From: Dehalococcoidia bacterium
GTDB lineage: Bacteria; Chloroflexota; Dehalococcoidia; Lucifugimonadales; SHYT01
Direction: 5' to 3'
DNA length: 64,000 nt
Assembly: GCA_009693045.1 (NCBI GenBank)
Contig: SHXZ01000002.1
Location: 22,816-86,815 of the forward strand
The notes under the pieces are model-generated. The model was given only the letters and a program-made list of their open reading frames with translations. It was not told where the DNA came from and ran no database searches. Made by a program: the position numbers and the translations under genes. Positions 60,049 to 64,000 of this stretch are shown here, in pieces. The number at the start of each line of letters is the position of its first letter. The stretch's first letter is position 1.

Positions 60049-62172
60049 TTGTACGGCTACCACGGCCGCATCCTGATCGTTGACCTCACGAGCCAGCAGG
60101 CCCGCTACGAGCCGCTGGGTGAGGATGTGCTGCGCGCTTTCATCGGCGGCATCGGGCTCGGCACGTACCTGCTGTACCGCTTCTGCCCGCCCGGCGCCGA
60201 CCCGCTTGGCCCGGAGAACCCACTCATCTTCGTCGGCAGCCCGCTCGTCGGCACGCGGCTCACCACTTCCAGCAAGTTCGCCGTCCTCGCCAAGTCGCCG
60301 CTCACCGGCTTCATCGGCGACTCGCTGTCGTCCAGCTTCATGGCCACCGAGCTGAAGGGCCTCGGCAGCGACGCCGTGGTGCTCACCGGTTTCTGCGAGA
60401 CGCCCACGCTCCTGTTCCTGGATTCAGCTCCTCCCCCTTCCCTCGCAGGGAAGAGGGAGGAGGGGGTAGGTCTGGAGGGGAGTGGGGACGCCGTCAACGT
60501 CCGCTTCCTGCCCGCCGGCCACCTGCTCGGCCTCTCCACCTTTGACACCGAGGCGCGCGTCAAGGAAGAGCTGGGTGACCGGCGCATCCGCGTGGCGTGC
60601 ATTGGCCCGGCGGGCGAGCGCCTGGTTCGCTACGCCAGCATCGCCAACGACGGCGGCCGCCAGGCGGGGCGCACCGGCCCGGGCGCCGTCATGGGCTCCA
60701 AGAACCTCAAGGCGATGGCCGTCCGTGGCCGCGCCCAGACCACCGTCCACGACCCAGGCCGCCTGGACGAGATCGGCGACGCGCTGACGAAGAAGAGCCT
60801 TGGCCCCGCCACCGAGAAGTACCGCGTGCTGGGGACAATGGCCAACGTGGCCGTCTTCAATCGCCTGGGTACGCTGCCCACGCGCAACTTCCAGCAAACC
60901 ACCTTTGAGGGCGCCGAGCACGTGAGCGGCGAAGTGCTCTTTACCGAGCACCGTGTCAAGGACGCCCACTGCGCCAACTGCACCATCGGCTGCGAGAAGA
61001 TCCTGATCACCAAGGACGCCGGCCCGGAGACGAAGGGGCGCATGGAGTACGAGACCCTCTTTGCGCTCGGCCCGCTCCTCGGCATCAGCGACCCGAACGC
61101 CATCATCCGCGCCGCGCGCCTCTGCGACGAGCTCGGCATGGACACCATCAGCGCGGGCGTCACCATCGCCTGGGCCATGGAGTGCGCCGAACGCGGCATT
61201 GACCTGGCGCAGTCCATCGCCGAACACTCACATTCCCCCTCTCCATCGTATGCAGAGGGGTTAGGGGTGAGGTCGGCGGGGCGGGGTGGAGGTGCTCTTC
61301 CTCCCCCTTCAGGGAAGGGAGCCGGAGGGAGAGGTCAGTTCCCCTCTCCATCGTATCGAGAGGGGTTAGGGGTGAGGTCGGCGGGGAATGGTGAGGGATC
61401 GTCCTTCCTCCCCCTTGAGGGGAAGCAGCGAGAAGGCGAGGTCGGCGAGGTGCTCCACTTTGGCAACACCGACGCCGTCCTCCGCGCGCTCAACCTCATC
61501 GCCCGCCGCGAAGGCGTCGGCGACCTGCTTGCAGAGGGCACGCGGCGCGCATCGGCTATCGTCGGCCACGGCTCCCATGCCTGGGCCATGCACGTCAAGG
61601 GTCTGGAGATGCCCGGCTACGAGCCGCGCAGCCTCAAGACCATGGCGCTTGGCCTCGCCGTTAGCACCCGAGGCGCTTGCCACAACCGCTCGTCCGCCTA
61701 CGAGGCCGACTTCTCGTCGCGCGTGGACCGGCTCAAAGCCGACGAAGCGCGCGGCGCCATCGCCATGCAGAGCGAGGATTTTGAGTCCGTCCTGGATTCG
61801 CTCATCTGGTGCAAGTTCCTCCGCAAGGCGTTTGACGACTTCTATGCTGAGTCCGCCGAGGTGTACGAGCGCGTCACCGGCTGGCCCATCACGCCGGACG
61901 AGCTGCGCCGCGCGGGCGAGCGCATCAGCACCCTCAAGAAGCTGTTCAACATCCGCGAGGGCTGGGCCCGCGCCGACGACACGCTGCCGCCGCGTGCGCT
62001 CCAGGAGAAGCTCTCCGACGGCGTGGCGGCGGGCCTCGGCCTCACGCCCGAGGAGCTGGACCTGATGATCGCCAGCTACTACCGCGCCCGCGGCTGGGCG
62101 GAAGACGGCACGGTGCCAGAGGCAAAGCTGAGGGAGTTGGGGCTGGTGGACGTATTCGCGTCCTTCAGATAA
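60049..62172 (+). CDS. aor: aldehyde:ferredoxin oxidoreductase (tungsten AOR family), two in-frame repeat insertions
   Basis: KSPLTG, IGPAGE, AGRTG.GAVMGSKNLK, CANCTIGC, EYET, DELGMDTIS, HVKGLE, RGACH. Confidence 0.9.
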   Translation: MYGYHGRILIVDLTSQQARYEPLGEDVLRAFIGGIGLGTYLLYRFCPPGADPLGPENPLIFVGSPLVGTRLTTSSKFAVLAKSPLTGFIGDSLSSSFMATELKGLGSDAVVLTGFCETPTLLFLDSAPPPSLAGKREEGVGLEGSGDAVNVRFLPAGHLLGLSTFDTEARVKEELGDRRIRVACIGPAGERLVRYASIANDGGRQAGRTGPGAVMGSKNLKAMAVRGRAQTTVHDPGRLDEIGDALTKKSLGPATEKYRVLGTMANVAVFNRLGTLPTRNFQQTTFEGAEHVSGEVLFTEHRVKDAHCANCTIGCEKILITKDAGPETKGRMEYETLFALGPLLGISDPNAIIRAARLCDELGMDTISAGVTIAWAMECAERGIDLAQSIAEHSHSPSPSYAEGLGVRSAGRGGGALPPPSGKGAGGRGQFPSPSYREGLGVRSAGNGEGSSFLPLEGKQREGEVGEVLHFGNTDAVLRALNLIARREGVGDLLAEGTRRASAIVGHGSHAWAMHVKGLEMPGYEPRSLKTMALGLAVSTRGACHNRSSAYEADFSSRVDRLKADEARGAIAMQSEDFESVLDSLIWCKFLRKAFDDFYAESAEVYERVTGWPITPDELRRAGERISTLKKLFNIREGWARADDTLPPRALQEKLSDGVAAGLGLTPEELDLMIASYYRARGWAEDGTVPEAKLRELGLVDVFASFR

Positions 62173-62365
62173 CCCCCTGCAAGCAGGAACTCTCCCCGTC
62201 ATTCTGAGCAACGCGAAGAGTCTCTCTTGGCGTTGCAATAAATTGGCGTGGCCGCCACAATGTCACGCGATCCTTGACGCGGGTAATAAGGTTGCATGTT
62301 GTCACTGACGCGCTCTTTGCGTATCATCAGTATGTATTACGCATACGTATTCTAGAGGTGTATCA

Positions 62366-62569
62366 ATGAGACGCACGGTTGTGGTTGACGACGACCTGTT
62401 AGAAGAAGCCCGCAAGGTGCTCGGGACCAAGGGCATCCGCGAAACCATAGAGACGGGCTTGAGGGAGGCTGTCCGCAAGCGCCGCTTGGAGGAGCTACGC
62501 CGCTCACTGGGGAAGGTGGAGCTTGGCCTGACCACCAAAGAGCTGGCGCGGCTGCGTGATGAACGGTAA
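62366..62569 (+). CDS. VapB-family antitoxin (RHH)
   Basis: MRRTVVVDDDLLEEA...ETIETGLRE; overlaps vapC. Confidence 0.85.
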   Translation: MRRTVVVDDDLLEEARKVLGTKGIRETIETGLREAVRKRRLEELRRSLGKVELGLTTKELARLRDER

Positions 62570-62975
62570 ACTTTTCCTGGTGGACACGTCCGTCTGGCTG
62601 GAGGTGCTGCCGGCCAGACGGGGCATGGCCGCCCTGCGTGAACGGATAGACTCACTTCTGGCTGCCGACGCTGTTGCCACGACTGGTATGATAAGGTTGG
62701 AGTTGCTGGGGGCTGCTCGCACTGAGCAGGAGTGGCAGCGGCTTAGCGAGCTATTGTCGGCCCTTCATCCGCTGCCCACGACAGAAGACCACTGGAATGA
62801 GGCTGCCAGGATGGGCTTTCAGCTCCGGAGGCAAGGGGTCTCAGTCCCCTTCACCGACCTCCTCATCGCGGCTGTGGCTGTGAAGGGCGCCCTCGTGCTA
62901 CTCCACCGCGACAGACATTTTGACCGTATCGCGGCGCAGTTGCCCGTCCAAGTTGAAAGCCACCTTGCGATATGA
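62559..62975 (+). CDS. VapC PIN toxin
   Basis: LVDTSVW...LELL.G...DLLIAA...HRDRHF. Confidence 0.9.
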   Translation: MNGKLFLVDTSVWLEVLPARRGMAALRERIDSLLAADAVATTGMIRLELLGAARTEQEWQRLSELLSALHPLPTTEDHWNEAARMGFQLRRQGVSVPFTDLLIAAVAVKGALVLLHRDRHFDRIAAQLPVQVESHLAI

Positions 62976-63083
62976 GAAAGTGAGTCGCCATGATCACCGT
63001 CTCCCGCCAGGTGATGCCCCTGTCATTCTGAGGAGCGGAGCAACGAAGAATCCGTATCCTTGATCAAAGAAGGACATGCATCC

Positions 63084-63569
63084 ATGACCACCGTTACCCG
63101 CCAGCAGCGCGAAGACCTTCGCCGAGACCTGCGTGAGCAGTTCCCTACGCGTGAGCGCACGTACCTGCTCCCCGCGCTCCACGAGCTGCACCGCCGCTAC
63201 GGCCACCTGCCCGCGTGGGCCATGGAGGTCGTCGGCTGGCACCTGCGCATCCCCGCCAGCGAGCTGTACGGCGCCGCCACCAGCTACTCTGAGCTGCGCG
63301 TCAAGCAACCCGGCAAGCGCCTCATCCGCGTCTGCACCGGCGTGAGCTGTGTGCTGGGCGGAGGGCGGCAGGTGCTGGACGGCCTCGCCTCGGCGCTCAA
63401 GATCAAGCCAGGCGAGACCACCCCCGATGGTGAATACACGCTGGAGGAGACCCCCTGCGCCTTCCTCTGCGCCGTCGCCCCTGTCGTCCAGCGCGGCCAC
63501 GACTGGGTGGGCCGCGTATCGCCGGACGCGGTCACCGAGCTGCTGCAACCAAGCGACGGCCACCGTTAG
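63084..63569 (+). CDS. NuoE/HoxE-like 2Fe-2S subunit
   Basis: LLPALH...YGHLP; CTGVSC...CAFLC. Confidence 0.85.
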   Translation: MTTVTRQQREDLRRDLREQFPTRERTYLLPALHELHRRYGHLPAWAMEVVGWHLRIPASELYGAATSYSELRVKQPGKRLIRVCTGVSCVLGGGRQVLDGLASALKIKPGETTPDGEYTLEETPCAFLCAVAPVVQRGHDWVGRVSPDAVTELLQPSDGHR

Positions 63570-63650
63570 CCGGACTTGCCAATCTGGTTAATTTGCGTAA
63601 TCTGTGGATAGCTACCCCTCTCCCGCTGGGAGAGGGAGAGGGTGACGGAA

Positions 63651-64000
63651 ATGGACTACACGACCCTTCGCGCTGCCGCCCGGCGACGCTGGAACCGTCG
63701 TCACAGTGGCAAGCTGCGCATCGCTGTGCAGGTGGCCCACTGCTCGCAGGCCGTCGGCGCGGCCCAGGTCGCCGCCACGCTGCGCGACGCTGTTGAGCGT
63801 CACAGCCTCAATGCCGAGGTAGTGGAGACCGGCTGCGATGGCGCCTGCTTCCTCGCGCCGCGCCTCAGCATTGCTGCCGCCGCCACCGCCGCGCGGCCCG
63901 CCCTCTCCGCCGACGCCGTCTGGCTCTCGCGCGTCACGCTCCTGCGCGCCGAGGCCATCGTGGAGACGCTCGCCACTACCAGGATGCCGCCCTCCGACCC
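63651..64000 (+). CDS. NuoF/HoxF/HydB-like flavoprotein, N-terminal thioredoxin-like Fe-S domain (partial)
   Basis: Manual translation MDYTTLRAAA...AHCSQAVGA...ETGCDGACFLAP; follows the NuoE-like gene. Confidence 0.65.
   Translation, partial: MDYTTLRAAARRRWNRRHSGKLRIAVQVAHCSQAVGAAQVAATLRDAVERHSLNAEVVETGCDGACFLAPRLSIAAAATAARPALSADAVWLSRVTLLRAEAIVETLATTRMPPSD

Noticed and set aside
61225-61445. CRISPR-like repeat-spacer pattern inside aor
   Set aside because: Only two near-identical units, the intervening sequences are themselves repeat relatives, it is in frame in a gene, and no cas genes are present.

Overview
High-GC bacterial chromosomal window. Gene content and style suggest Chloroflexota, probably Dehalococcoidia/SAR202-like (inference). 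1-28.7 kb is mostly housekeeping: coaE, sufU, ybeY, dnaX-ybaB-recR, recO, rplU-rpmA-rpmE, an arg operon (argJ, argB, argD, argG, argH) containing UPF0182, rpe, rpmB and fakA/fakB. Small co-oriented accessory cassettes interrupt it: a DUF262-DUF1524 pseudogene, a TPR + PIN pair, hicBA and an AbrB remnant. 28.7-47.6 kb is a minus-strand catabolic island with an MFS transporter, three HACL/OXC-like ThDP enzymes, three CaiB CoA-transferases and four family-5 solute-binding lipoproteins in an expanding/contracting array. 47.8-64 kb is a Mo/W-cofactor and aldehyde oxidoreductase region with separated ADP-forming acyl-CoA synthetase subunits, vapBC and NuoE/NuoF-like genes. The best candidate for an undescribed system is a 7-repeat TPR protein ending in a VapB-like antitoxin tail, translationally coupled to a PIN nuclease and inserted between ybaB and recR. 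Also notable: palindromic DNA repeats inserted in frame in AOR, MobA and YbeY; an MfnB-TusA fusion; and a possible 2-hydroxyacyl-CoA C1-cleavage pathway. All family calls are by motif recognition by eye, and no database searches were run. No tRNA, rRNA, CRISPR array or intact transposase was seen.
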